Assembly: GCA_002010065.2 (NCBI GenBank)
Contig: MTMD02000002.1
Location: forward strand, 1 to 64,000
DNA length: 64,000 nucleotides
Reading direction: 5' to 3'
Origin: Candidatus Pyrohabitans jungbluthii
Lineage (GTDB): Archaea; Hydrothermarchaeota; Hydrothermarchaeia; Hydrothermarchaeales; BMS3B
The translations under genes and the position numbers were made by a program. Position 1 is the stretch's first letter. Every line of letters starts with the position of its first letter. Below the pieces are notes generated by a model. That model ran no database searches, was not told where the DNA came from, and was given only the letters and a program-made list of their open reading frames with translations. Of the stretch, positions 9,448 to 20,941 are shown in pieces.

Positions 9448-9475
9448 GAAATGCTAGCAGAAGAAGGTGGAAAAG

Positions 9476-9730
9476 ATGGAAATTACCGATGTGAAGATAT
9501 ACAGGATGGAAAATTCTGGAAACCTGAAGGCATACGCCAGCGTGACCTTTGACAACGCTTATGTTGTGCACGGGTTGCGCGTAATGGACGGGGAGAAGGG
9601 GCTCTGGGTGAGCATGCCCGCGACGCGAAATAAGCGCGGCGAGTTTAAAGATGTGTTTCACCCGATTTCGAGAGAAGCGAGAGACGCCCTCGTAAGCGCT
9701 GTGCTTGACGCTTACGAAAGCGGGAGGTAG
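9476..9730 (+). CDS. spoVG: SpoVG family nucleic-acid-binding protein
   Basis: MEITDVKI, LKAYASVTFD, VVHGLRV, GLWVSMP, FKDVFHPI, R...VLDAY all match SpoVG. Confidence 0.92.
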   Translation: MEITDVKIYRMENSGNLKAYASVTFDNAYVVHGLRVMDGEKGLWVSMPATRNKRGEFKDVFHPISREARDALVSAVLDAYESGR

Positions 9731-10968
9731 GTTTTCAGCAGAATTAGCGCCACCCCCGCTGCGATTGCGAGGGAGTAGTATTTCATCACCTTCGCCGCAA
9801 GCATGGGGGTGCCGCTGACTTTTATCAGCGCAATCTTGCTGAGCACACTTGCTATAGCTGAAAGCACAGCACAGTTCGCGGCGACGCTTGCGCTGAGCTC
9901 GCCCTGCGCAGCGAGAGAAGCGAAGCTCGCCACCACGGCGCCGCTGGAAACAAAGCCGGCGAAGAAGGCAGCGGGATACAAGCCCAAGTCTCCGTAGCTC
10001 TGGACAAGTTTTGCAAGCGCCGTAATTGCGGTAAAGAGAAGCGCAAACTTCAACGCGGGCACAATTGCAAAGGGCAGCGCCAGCTCCAGTTTCTTTCCGC
10101 GCAACACCTCTCTCTCTACCCTGATTCGCGCGGGGAGCACGCTTACCAGAGCCATGCCCAGCATCGGTAAAAGCATCTCTTTACCCACTGCCTGGCTTAA
10201 AAGCGCCGCTATCAGCAGACTTCTGAGCAGCGCCACACCACTTGCGAGGAGTATACCCTGAAGTGCAGGCTTCTCCAGCGACGTATCTTCCTTCACCCTC
10301 GATGCAAGCGCTCCGACGGTAGCCTGGCTGTTAACCAGCGCGCCTAAAGCACCGGTCACGGGCAAAGCAAGCTCAGCTCCAAACCAGCGCAGCGCCAGGA
10401 AGCCGGCAAAGCCTATGGTTGAGACCACTACCACCACGAAAATTAAGGTGCGGGGGTTTATTAGGCCGTAGGGGTCTATTGCAGCGTCTGGAAGCAGGGG
10501 GTAGAGTACAAAAGCAACGAGGCCGAACTCCAGCGCATTTGTCATCTCCCGGAAGCTCATCGCCTTAGACAAAGCCTGAGAGTAGCGCTTTCCTGCGAGA
10601 ATTGCAGCCACGAGGATACTCACAGCCACGCCCTGCAGGGCGAAGCCAGCACCTATGATAATGCCTATCATAAATGCGAGCACATACGCCACGAGGGTGG
10701 TAATGCCAATGTCCTCTATGAGAAAGTTCTTAACCACGCCTATAAAGAGGGCGATGAGGGCTACGCCAAGGGTAACGCAGGCTAAAAACAGCTCAGAGCC
10801 GAGGCTCTGCGAGATGCTTACACTCAGCGCTCCCATAAGCGAGGTGAGCATGAAAGTGCGCGTGCCGGCAACGACCTTCTTGCCAATCTCCCTTTCAATG
10901 CCCAGGAGCCCCCCTGCAAGGGAAGCGATTATAAGCGATTCTATTAACTGGGCGTCGAAAACATGCAT
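9712..10968 (-). CDS. MgtC/SapB-DUF4010 membrane protein
   Basis: GLLGIERE, AGTRTF, LYPLLPD, GFVSS; many TM helices. Confidence 0.85.
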   Translation of the reverse strand: MHVFDAQLIESLIIASLAGGLLGIEREIGKKVVAGTRTFMLTSLMGALSVSISQSLGSELFLACVTLGVALIALFIGVVKNFLIEDIGITTLVAYVLAFMIGIIIGAGFALQGVAVSILVAAILAGKRYSQALSKAMSFREMTNALEFGLVAFVLYPLLPDAAIDPYGLINPRTLIFVVVVVSTIGFAGFLALRWFGAELALPVTGALGALVNSQATVGALASRVKEDTSLEKPALQGILLASGVALLRSLLIAALLSQAVGKEMLLPMLGMALVSVLPARIRVEREVLRGKKLELALPFAIVPALKFALLFTAITALAKLVQSYGDLGLYPAAFFAGFVSSGAVVASFASLAAQGELSASVAANCAVLSAIASVLSKIALIKVSGTPMLAAKVMKYYSLAIAAGVALILLKTYLPLS

Positions 10969-11045
10969 AGAAAGAAGTTTTGACACGGGGGCTATTTAAA
11001 GCATACACCAGTACTCTTAAAAATTCGCCCTGCGTAATCCTAAGC

Positions 11046-12008
11046 ATGGTCTTTCTCTTCGAGTACGCCACCTGCACCCGCGAAGCTCTGCCTGCGAGCA
11101 TCGCTGTAGAAGGCTTGGCGATGTTCCGCGCCCTTTACGATAGCTTCTCTAAGGTTGAGAAGGTTGCCTCTTTCACCGGTAGAGCTCTGCCCTACTTTCC
11201 TGAGCTTCCATGCGCAGAGAACTGGGAAGAGAGCTTTGAAGCCATGCTCGAAGGTGAGGAGCACGCACTGCTTATCGCTCCCGAGAGTGATAACCTTCTG
11301 CTTAACCTTACCCGAAGGCTGGAAAATGCCGGAGCCAAAAACCTGGGCTCTGCTTCGCAAGGCGTAGCCATTGCCGGCGATAAGTACAGGTGCTACCGCG
11401 CGCTAAGCGGCGTGAATCAGCCGAAGACTGAAATTTTCCGCAGCACCACCACGCTCGACTTCCCCCTGGTGGCGAAACCGCGTCTTGGCGAGGGCTGCGA
11501 GGGGCTTCGCATCATCACCAGCGAGGAGGAGCTTGCTGAGGTGCCGCAGGGCTACCTCCTTCAGGAGTACGTTGAGGGCAGAGCCATGAGCGCCTCGCTC
11601 ATAGTGGGCAACGAGGTGAGAGTGCTGAGCGTTAACACTCAGGAATTCAACGGCAATAGCTATGTAGGAGCGGAGCTTCCTCTCAGCTTAGACGCCGAGA
11701 TGGAGGAGGAGATTATCAAAGCGGTGGAGAGCATCCCGGGTTTAGCCGGCTACGTGGGCGTGGATTTTGTTTTAGGTGAGGAGCTGTGGATAATCGAGGT
11801 AAATCCGCGAATCACAACGCCCGCAGCTGCGCTGCACGAGGCTCTTGGAATAAACCTTGGCGAACTTCTGCTGAGAAACTACTACCGCGAGGCTATGCCC
11901 GAGATAAAGTGCAGACGAAGGGTGAAGCTTGAGAAGGTTTACGGCAGCGCTGAGAATGCATTCGTCTCTGTGGGCGAGGCGAGCATAGTGATAAGGGTGA
12001 TAGGATGA
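11046..12008 (+). CDS. mfnD: ATP-grasp protein, probable tyramine--L-glutamate ligase
   Basis: LFEYAT, EGLAM, IAPE, GYVGVD, IEVNPRITT; clustered with mfnF and mfnE. Confidence 0.8.
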   Translation: MVFLFEYATCTREALPASIAVEGLAMFRALYDSFSKVEKVASFTGRALPYFPELPCAENWEESFEAMLEGEEHALLIAPESDNLLLNLTRRLENAGAKNLGSASQGVAIAGDKYRCYRALSGVNQPKTEIFRSTTTLDFPLVAKPRLGEGCEGLRIITSEEELAEVPQGYLLQEYVEGRAMSASLIVGNEVRVLSVNTQEFNGNSYVGAELPLSLDAEMEEEIIKAVESIPGLAGYVGVDFVLGEELWIIEVNPRITTPAAALHEALGINLGELLLRNYYREAMPEIKCRRRVKLEKVYGSAENAFVSVGEASIVIRVIG

Positions 12009-12976
12009 TTTTAGCTCTGGACATAGGCGGAGCAAACACAAAGCTTTTGCTCTTCGACGAGGCTCGCGAGGAGGTGGTGAGGAACGAGATTCACTACTTC
12101 CCCTTCTGGAAGCGGAAGGATGAGTTCCGCAGCTTCCTGCGCAGTATTGCTCCTCGCGCTGAAAGGGTGGCGGTAACGCTTACCGCTGAGCTCAGCGATG
12201 TCTTTCAGAGCAAGCAGGAGGGCGTTGCCTACGTTACGAGCGTGGTGAGAGAGCTTTTTCCTGAGGCGAGGTTTCTCAGCATGGAGAAGAAGCTTGTGGA
12301 GGAGCCTGAAAGCTTAACCGAGCTTGCAGGAGCAAACTATGTGGCGAGCGTCTACTATTTGGAGCGCTTCTTTGGCGAGGGTGTGCTTTTGGACATAGGC
12401 AGCACCACCTGCGACGTTATACCCTTCAGGCGAGGGGAGGTACTGTACAAAAAGACTGACCTTGAGCGCCTTCTCGCTGGGCAGCTGGTTTACACGGGCT
12501 ACCTGCGCACCCCGCTGAACACCATAGCCGAGAAGGTCCCCTTCCGCGGCTACTTTATTAGACCTGCCAGCGAGTACTTTGCAATAACCGCCGACCTGTA
12601 TCTAATTCTCGGGGAGCTTGAGGAGTACTCCTGCGATACCCCAGACGGCGGCGAGAAGAGCAGAATCGCAGCCCTACGGAGAGTGGCGCGGCTGCTGTGC
12701 GCAGATTTAAACGAAGCCGGCGAAGCTGAGCTTCTTGAGATGTGCCGCTATCTTGCGGAGAGGCATGCGAGCATAATCGCTGAGGCGCTGCGCAGGGTTA
12801 GCGATAGTTATGGCTTAAGCATTGCCTACCTCGCCGGCGTTGGTAGAGCGCTGGGAAAGCGCGCTGCATTGCAGGCAGGCTTGGCGTGGGTTGACCTGGC
12901 TGAGGTTACTCCTGCTTACGACAATCTGCCCTGCCTTGGCTTGGCCTACATGGTGCTCGACGATGCGCGTGGTTAA
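12005..12976 (+). CDS. mfnF: Hydantoinase A-like methanofuran biosynthesis protein
   Basis: LDIGGANTK, TAELSD, DIGSTTCDVIP, YTGYLRT, SEYFA, TPDG. Confidence 0.85.
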   Translation: MILALDIGGANTKLLLFDEAREEVVRNEIHYFPFWKRKDEFRSFLRSIAPRAERVAVTLTAELSDVFQSKQEGVAYVTSVVRELFPEARFLSMEKKLVEEPESLTELAGANYVASVYYLERFFGEGVLLDIGSTTCDVIPFRRGEVLYKKTDLERLLAGQLVYTGYLRTPLNTIAEKVPFRGYFIRPASEYFAITADLYLILGELEEYSCDTPDGGEKSRIAALRRVARLLCADLNEAGEAELLEMCRYLAERHASIIAEALRRVSDSYGLSIAYLAGVGRALGKRAALQAGLAWVDLAEVTPAYDNLPCLGLAYMVLDDARG

Positions 12977-13556
12977 GCTGGGCGGAAGCTTGATGGCGTA
13001 TGCTAGGGAGATACTTCCTGTGCTTAGAGAGCATGATGTCTTAATTGTGCCCGGGGGCGGAGTTTTCGCAGATGCTGTGAGGAAGGTGTACAGAGAGCAC
13101 AGCTTAGATGAAAGCGCAGCCCACTTTATGGCAATCGCCGCCATGGATGCCTATGGGGAGTTTCTTTCCAGCGTCTCGGGAATACCTGCGAGGCAGGCAT
13201 TGGAAGGCAGCCTGCCCGCGGTTTTGCTGCCCTACCAGCTTATGCGGGAGCGCGACCCTCTGCCCCACTCCTGGCAGGTCACCAGTGACAGTATCGCGTG
13301 CTACATCGCAGCCTTGCTTGGGGAAAAGCGACTGGTGATACTCACAGACGTGGACGGAATCTACGTTGAGGGCAGGCTGGTAAGCAGGATCTCAGCGGCG
13401 GAGCTGGAGAAGCTTGGCGAGACCTGCGTTGATGCATACTTACCAAAGCTCCTGCAGAAGTATAAAATCACCTGCACTGTTGCGAACGGCAAAAGTGCTG
13501 AGGTGGTAAGGGCAGTGCTGCGCGGCGAGGCGATAGGCACGAGGGTGGTGCCGTAA
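12963..13556 (+). CDS. mfnE: Amino-acid-kinase family protein, methanofuran pathway
   Basis: MRVVKLGGSL, PGGGVFAD, SWQVTSDSIA, TDVDGI. Confidence 0.85.
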   Translation: MRVVKLGGSLMAYAREILPVLREHDVLIVPGGGVFADAVRKVYREHSLDESAAHFMAIAAMDAYGEFLSSVSGIPARQALEGSLPAVLLPYQLMRERDPLPHSWQVTSDSIACYIAALLGEKRLVILTDVDGIYVEGRLVSRISAAELEKLGETCVDAYLPKLLQKYKITCTVANGKSAEVVRAVLRGEAIGTRVVP

Positions 13557-14618
13557 TCAACCAACCTTGAACCTCAAAATCGCAGCCAGCCCACCTATGG
13601 CTTCGAGGCGTTCGCCAGCTTCGTGCTCTGTGCTTACTATGAGCACTCTCGCCTTTATCGCCCTGGCTTTCTCTATAAGCAAGTCGCTCTCCGGATGCTT
13701 TCTGAGAAAGGCGTCGCTTATAAGCAGCGTATCAACGGCACCGTAGTCTATGGCTTTGCTGACTTCCGCAATGCCGTACGCCGCGAGACCGTCCTTCACC
13801 AGCTCCTCATAGAAGCGCTCTACCAGTGCCGTCTCCTCAGAGATACGGCTCTCCTCAAGGATGCGCTCTATAGCGCGGCGCTTAAGCACCTCCTGTACAG
13901 CGCTCCTCCCACCGCAGCCCGTGGCCTGAAGGTAACAGCGCTTCGCCAGCTTCGGGTAGCGCTCTTTAATCACTTCCAGAAGCGACTCCTTCCAGAAGCC
14001 AGGACCAGCGAGTATCACCACCTCCACGCGCTCCTTCTCCACCACCTCGGCTATCTTCTTTGCCACCTCCGCGTAAAACTGCTTTGCACTCGCCTCGTGC
14101 TGCGCCGCGTAACGCTTACCTGCTACGCTGCTCGCTATTCTCGCAACGTAGTCCACGCCGTACCTGCGAACGAGGGCGAGCTCAGCTTCTCCCTCTTCCA
14201 CAGCGACGATGAGCACTCGCGCTTCCTTTGCAGCCTTTTCAGCCTCAGCTAGGCGCTCAAGGTGCCAGCGGCGCCACTCCTGCTTTTGCAGCGTAATCTC
14301 GTCGCCCGGCTTAACCTCCAGCGTTTGATGTGTGCCAAAGGAGATTAAATCTTCTGGGCCTGAGAAGACCTCACCAGTAATGCGCAGGCGCATCGCATAG
14401 GGCGCGAACTCCACCTGCTTTACTTTAATCCCTAAGAACATGCGCACGCGCTCGCCCTTATCGGCGCGCACGCGCTCCTCGTCGCGCACCCTGCGGTACG
14501 CAACGCCGTATACCGCATCGCCCTCCTCTATGATGCTCTTGAGGTACCACAGGTCGTCGATGCTCTCGGGACGAAGCTTGAACTTGCCCTCTTTTAAATT
14601 GCGATGGAGGATCTTCAT
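13557..14618 (-). CDS. pelA: Pelota/Dom34 mRNA surveillance protein
   Basis: DDLWYL, HQTL, AGPGFWK, GAVDTLL, GGLAAILRF. Confidence 0.95.
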   Translation of the reverse strand: MKILHRNLKEGKFKLRPESIDDLWYLKSIIEEGDAVYGVAYRRVRDEERVRADKGERVRMFLGIKVKQVEFAPYAMRLRITGEVFSGPEDLISFGTHQTLEVKPGDEITLQKQEWRRWHLERLAEAEKAAKEARVLIVAVEEGEAELALVRRYGVDYVARIASSVAGKRYAAQHEASAKQFYAEVAKKIAEVVEKERVEVVILAGPGFWKESLLEVIKERYPKLAKRCYLQATGCGGRSAVQEVLKRRAIERILEESRISEETALVERFYEELVKDGLAAYGIAEVSKAIDYGAVDTLLISDAFLRKHPESDLLIEKARAIKARVLIVSTEHEAGERLEAIGGLAAILRFKVG

Positions 14619-14661
14619 TCACCTAAAAATATACTATTGGTTAGATAAAGGTAGCGATGTA

Positions 14662-14685
14662 TTTTCTAACCTTTCGTTATAAAAA
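14662..14685 (+). promoter_or_regulatory. HSR1/Phr-type heat-shock operator overlapping the grpE promoter
   Basis: TTTTCTAACCTTTCGTTATAAAAA is one mismatch from CTAAC-N5-GTTAG and one from TTTAnnnACnnnnnGTnAnnAAAA. Confidence 0.65.
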
Positions 14686-14749
14686 CTTTAATCTCGTTAT
14701 GCAAAGCTTTCGGAGATAGCTTGAAGTTGTTTTTTGTCCCGGTGGTGGC

Positions 14750-17183
<2,434 letters not shown>

Positions 17184-17198
17184 CCCGTGGGTTAGGCG

Positions 17199-18338
17199 AT
17201 GGGAAAGAAGGACTACTATGAAATTCTCGGCGTAAGCCGCGACGCAAGCCAGGCGGAGATTAAGAAAGCCTATCGTAGGCTGGCGCTGAAGTACCACCCT
17301 GATAGGAATAAGAGCAAGGAGGCGGAGGAGAAGTTCAAGGAGATAAGCGAAGCGTATGCAGTGCTTTCCGACCCTGAGAAGCGCAGGCTGTACGACATGT
17401 ATGGCCACGCTGGGATAGACGAGCGCTATTCCCAGGAGGACATCTTCCGCTCAGCGCGCTTCGAAGATATATTCGCAGACCTTGGTTTTGGCGGTATAGA
17501 CAGGATCTTTGACATATTCTTCGGGGGCGGCGCTGCGAGGCGAGCACCTGCACGAGGAGCTGACCTGCGCTTCGATATGGAGATAACCCTTGAAGAGGCG
17601 GCGAAAGGCGCAGAGAAGGTGGTGAGCTACCGCCGCCTTGAAACCTGCGAACGCTGCGGAGGCAGCGGTGCAGAGCCGGGTAGCGGGCGCGTAACCTGCC
17701 CAGCCTGCGGCGGCAGGGGCAGCGTTGGCTTCACCCAGCGCACACCCTTCGGCACCTATTCCACATTTACAACGTGCTCCCGCTGTGGGGGTGAGGGGAG
17801 TATTGTATCTAACCCCTGCCGCGAGTGCGGTGGCGCTGGACGCGTTGAGAGGGTGCGCAGACTGAGTGTGAAGATACCTCCGGGTGTTGACTCTGGTGCT
17901 AGACTTCGCTTAGCTGGCGAGGGCGAGGCTGGCGAGCGGGGCGCACCTCCTGGCGACCTCTATATCGTAATTCACGTGCGCGAGCATGAGATTTTCAAGC
18001 GAGTGGGCAACGACCTTTACATTGAAGTGCCCATAACCTTCTCCCAGGCGGCGCTTGGGGCTGAGATTGAGGTCCCGACGATAGACGGCGATTCTGCGAC
18101 GGTTAAAATCCCTTCAGGGACGCAGACCGGTGAAACCTTCCGCCTTCGGGGCAGAGGAATGCCCCTGCTCAACGGCTACGGCAGGGGCGACATGGTTGTG
18201 AAGGTGGTGGTGAGAACGCCCACGAAGCTGAGCAAAGAGGAACGGGAGCTCTTCGAGAGGTTAGCGGAGCTGGAAAAAGCCAGGGAGAAGGGGATATTCC
18301 AGCGCATCGCCGAGGAGGTGCGCGGGGCATTCAGGTGA
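17199..18338 (+). CDS. dnaJ: Chaperone DnaJ
   Basis: J-domain HPD and four CxxCxGxG repeats. Confidence 0.97.
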   Translation: MGKKDYYEILGVSRDASQAEIKKAYRRLALKYHPDRNKSKEAEEKFKEISEAYAVLSDPEKRRLYDMYGHAGIDERYSQEDIFRSARFEDIFADLGFGGIDRIFDIFFGGGAARRAPARGADLRFDMEITLEEAAKGAEKVVSYRRLETCERCGGSGAEPGSGRVTCPACGGRGSVGFTQRTPFGTYSTFTTCSRCGGEGSIVSNPCRECGGAGRVERVRRLSVKIPPGVDSGARLRLAGEGEAGERGAPPGDLYIVIHVREHEIFKRVGNDLYIEVPITFSQAALGAEIEVPTIDGDSATVKIPSGTQTGETFRLRGRGMPLLNGYGRGDMVVKVVVRTPTKLSKEERELFERLAELEKAREKGIFQRIAEEVRGAFR

Positions 18339-18410
18339 TTTCTCAGATTTTTATGTCACTCCTGCACAACTTTTAAAAGTTTCAGCACCATATTTAGAGA
18401 AGGTGATGCT

Positions 18411-18587
18411 ATGCCGAGGAAGGTAGACTACGACTTATGCATGTCATGCGGAGGTTGCGTTGGGGTCTGCCCCTTTCTGGCTCTGACTTTAGAGCACGGG
18501 ATTAAGCTTATTGTGGATGAAGAGAAGTGCACCGACTGCGGGAGCTGCACCAAGTTCTGCCCCGTGGGTGCAATAAAGGAGGCGTAA
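18411..18587 (+). CDS. 2x[4Fe-4S] ferredoxin, 58 aa (not in ORF track)
   Basis: Manual translation MPRKVDYDLCMSCGGCVGVCP...KCTDCGSCTKFCPVGAIKEA; GGTGA SD. Confidence 0.9.
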   Translation: MPRKVDYDLCMSCGGCVGVCPFLALTLEHGIKLIVDEEKCTDCGSCTKFCPVGAIKEA

Positions 18588-18589
18588 CG

Positions 18590-19774
18590 ATGAAGGATGC
18601 TTACGATGTCGTTGTGGTTGGCGCAGGACCGGGGGGCAGCAATACCGCCAAAGCTGCGGCGGAGAATGGGTTAGACGTGCTGTTGCTGGAGAAACGCCCT
18701 GAAATAGGCGCCCCCAAGCGCTGCGGAGAAGGCTTTAGCGTAAACGGCGCTAAGACGCTGGGGATAAAGCCGGACCCCCGCTGGACAATAAATGAGATAT
18801 GGGGCGCGAACATAGTAGCGCCCAATGGCAAACGCGTGAGTGTGCGCTACGATAACCAGGTAGGCTGGGTGATTGAGCGCAAGATGTTTGACAAGCTTCT
18901 GGCGATTGAGGCGGCGCGTGCCGGCGCCGAGGTTCTAGCTAAAAGCGAAGTTGTTGGCTTAATAATGCAGGACGGCTTTGTTAAGGGCGTCGAGGTGGAG
19001 CGCCACGGGGAGCGTTTCAGCGTGGAGGCGAAGATCGTCGTAGCAGCGGACGGCGTGGAGAGCAAGGTTGCCAGGTGGGCGGGGATAAACTCCACCCAGA
19101 AGCTTGTGGACATAGACAGCGCATACCAGTATGAGATGGTTGTGGATTTAGAGGAGCCGGACATGCTTGACCTGTACTTCGGAAATGATATCGCGCCCCG
19201 GGGCTACGTCTGGGTTTTCCCGAAAGGTAAGGACATCGCAAATGTGGGCATAGGCATAGGGGGCAACGTTTCCACCAAGACGGCGAAGCAGTACCTGGAC
19301 GAGTGGATCGCTAAGCATGAGCCCTTCAATGAGGGCAGGATAATTGAGGTCAACGCGGGGGGCGTGCCCGTGGGCGCACCCCTGGAGAAACTCGTGGGAA
19401 ATGGGTTGATGATCGTAGGCGACGCGGCGCACCAGGTTAATGCAATTCACGGTGGCGGCGTTTTCGAGGCGAGCTTCGCAGGGCAGATCGCTGGCAGGGT
19501 TGCGGCGGAGGCGATAGAAAAAGGAGACGTGAGTGAGGCGGCGCTGATGAAGTACGACAAAGAGTGGCGTGCAGCGCGGGGTGAGATACTCCACCGCATA
19601 TACAAGCTTCGCAGGGCGATTGAGCAGCTGAGCGACGCTGACCTCAACTACTTGGCTGAGGAGCTTACTGGCGAGGACGTCGTCGCCTTTGCCAATGGCG
19701 AGCGCTTGGCCAAGCTGGCGAAGATCCTGATGAAGCGCCCCCATTTGATTAAAGCTGCGAAGGAGCTGATGTAG
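18590..19774 (+). CDS. Geranylgeranyl reductase (DGGGPL reductase)
   Basis: GAGPGG, PKRCGEG, PRGYVWVFPK, GDAA; coupled to the ferredoxin. Confidence 0.92.
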   Translation: MKDAYDVVVVGAGPGGSNTAKAAAENGLDVLLLEKRPEIGAPKRCGEGFSVNGAKTLGIKPDPRWTINEIWGANIVAPNGKRVSVRYDNQVGWVIERKMFDKLLAIEAARAGAEVLAKSEVVGLIMQDGFVKGVEVERHGERFSVEAKIVVAADGVESKVARWAGINSTQKLVDIDSAYQYEMVVDLEEPDMLDLYFGNDIAPRGYVWVFPKGKDIANVGIGIGGNVSTKTAKQYLDEWIAKHEPFNEGRIIEVNAGGVPVGAPLEKLVGNGLMIVGDAAHQVNAIHGGGVFEASFAGQIAGRVAAEAIEKGDVSEAALMKYDKEWRAARGEILHRIYKLRRAIEQLSDADLNYLAEELTGEDVVAFANGERLAKLAKILMKRPHLIKAAKELM

Positions 19775-19775
19775 C

Positions 19776-20192
19776 ATGGGTGAAGACTGCGTATTCTGCA
19801 AAATTGTGAAGGGCGAACTCCCGTGCTACAAGCTGTATGAGAGCGAGCTTGCTTTAGCCTTCCTGGACATAAATCCTATCACTAAGGGCCATGCTCTGGT
19901 GGTGCCCAAGCGCCATGTGGAGAGGCTGAGCCAGCTCAGTGACGATGAGGTTAGAGAGATTTTTACCGCCGCGGGTAAGCTGGCGGAAGCCTCGCTTGAG
20001 GCTTTAGACGCAAAGGGCATCAACTTCTGGGTGAATCAGGGCAGCATAGCCGGGCAGGTGGTCAGCCACTTCCATGCCCATGTGGTGCCCCGCTATGCAG
20101 AGGACGACCTGAAGATTGAGGTTAGCGCAGAGAAACTCAGCGATAGCGAGATGCGCAGCATAGCTGAGAAGATTAAGGGTAAGGTAGAATGA
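19776..20192 (+). CDS. HIT family hydrolase
   Basis: CVFCKI, FLDINP, HFHAHVVPR. Confidence 0.92.
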   Translation: MGEDCVFCKIVKGELPCYKLYESELALAFLDINPITKGHALVVPKRHVERLSQLSDDEVREIFTAAGKLAEASLEALDAKGINFWVNQGSIAGQVVSHFHAHVVPRYAEDDLKIEVSAEKLSDSEMRSIAEKIKGKVE

Positions 20193-20941
20193 GGCTTGAG
20201 GAGCTGGTTGGCTACCTGGATGAGCTTTTAAAGCTTGGAGAGTTTTCCGATGACGAGAGCGCCAATGGTCTGCAGGTAGAGGGCAGAGAAAGCGTGAGAA
20301 AAGTTGCTATTGCAGTAGATGCGTGCGGTTACGTGTTTAAGGAGGCGGTGAAGCAGGGCGCCGACCTGCTCTTTGTGCACCACGGCTTAGTATGGGGCGG
20401 TATTAAGAGCATAAGGGGCGTGCTGAAGGCGCGGCTTAAGCTTCTGCTGGAAAATGAGCTATCGCTTTATGCGTGCCATTTGCCACTAGATGCGCACCCC
20501 GAGCTGGGGAACAATGCGCAGCTTTTGCAGGTTCTTGGGATTGAGCGCAGGGGCGAGTTTGGCGAGTATCATGGCAAGCGCATAGGCTACTGGGGTGAGC
20601 TTCCGCAGAGAATGAGCGTGGCGAGCTTCGCAGCGCTGGTGGAGGAGCGCCTCGCTACGAGGTGCAGGAGTATTGACTTTCGCGGCGATGCGAAGCGCGT
20701 GGGCGTGGTCTCTGGTGGTGGGTGGAGCGCCATATTCGATGCAGAGAAGATAAAGATAGACACCCTGCTGACGGGCGAGCCCTCGCACAGCGCCTACTCG
20801 CTTGCGGAGGAGCTTGGGGTTAATCTAATCTTCGCGGGCCACTATGCCACAGAGAAGCTGGGCGTGCTCGCCGTAGGAGAGCACCTCAGGGAGAAGTTTG
20901 GGCTTGAGGTTGTGTTTATAGACCACGACACGGGTTTGTGA
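20189..20941 (+). CDS. Nif3-like dinuclear metal centre protein
   Basis: NGLQVEG, HHGL, HLPLDAH, GHYATE. Confidence 0.92.
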   Translation: MRLEELVGYLDELLKLGEFSDDESANGLQVEGRESVRKVAIAVDACGYVFKEAVKQGADLLFVHHGLVWGGIKSIRGVLKARLKLLLENELSLYACHLPLDAHPELGNNAQLLQVLGIERRGEFGEYHGKRIGYWGELPQRMSVASFAALVEERLATRCRSIDFRGDAKRVGVVSGGGWSAIFDAEKIKIDTLLTGEPSHSAYSLAEELGVNLIFAGHYATEKLGVLAVGEHLREKFGLEVVFIDHDTGL

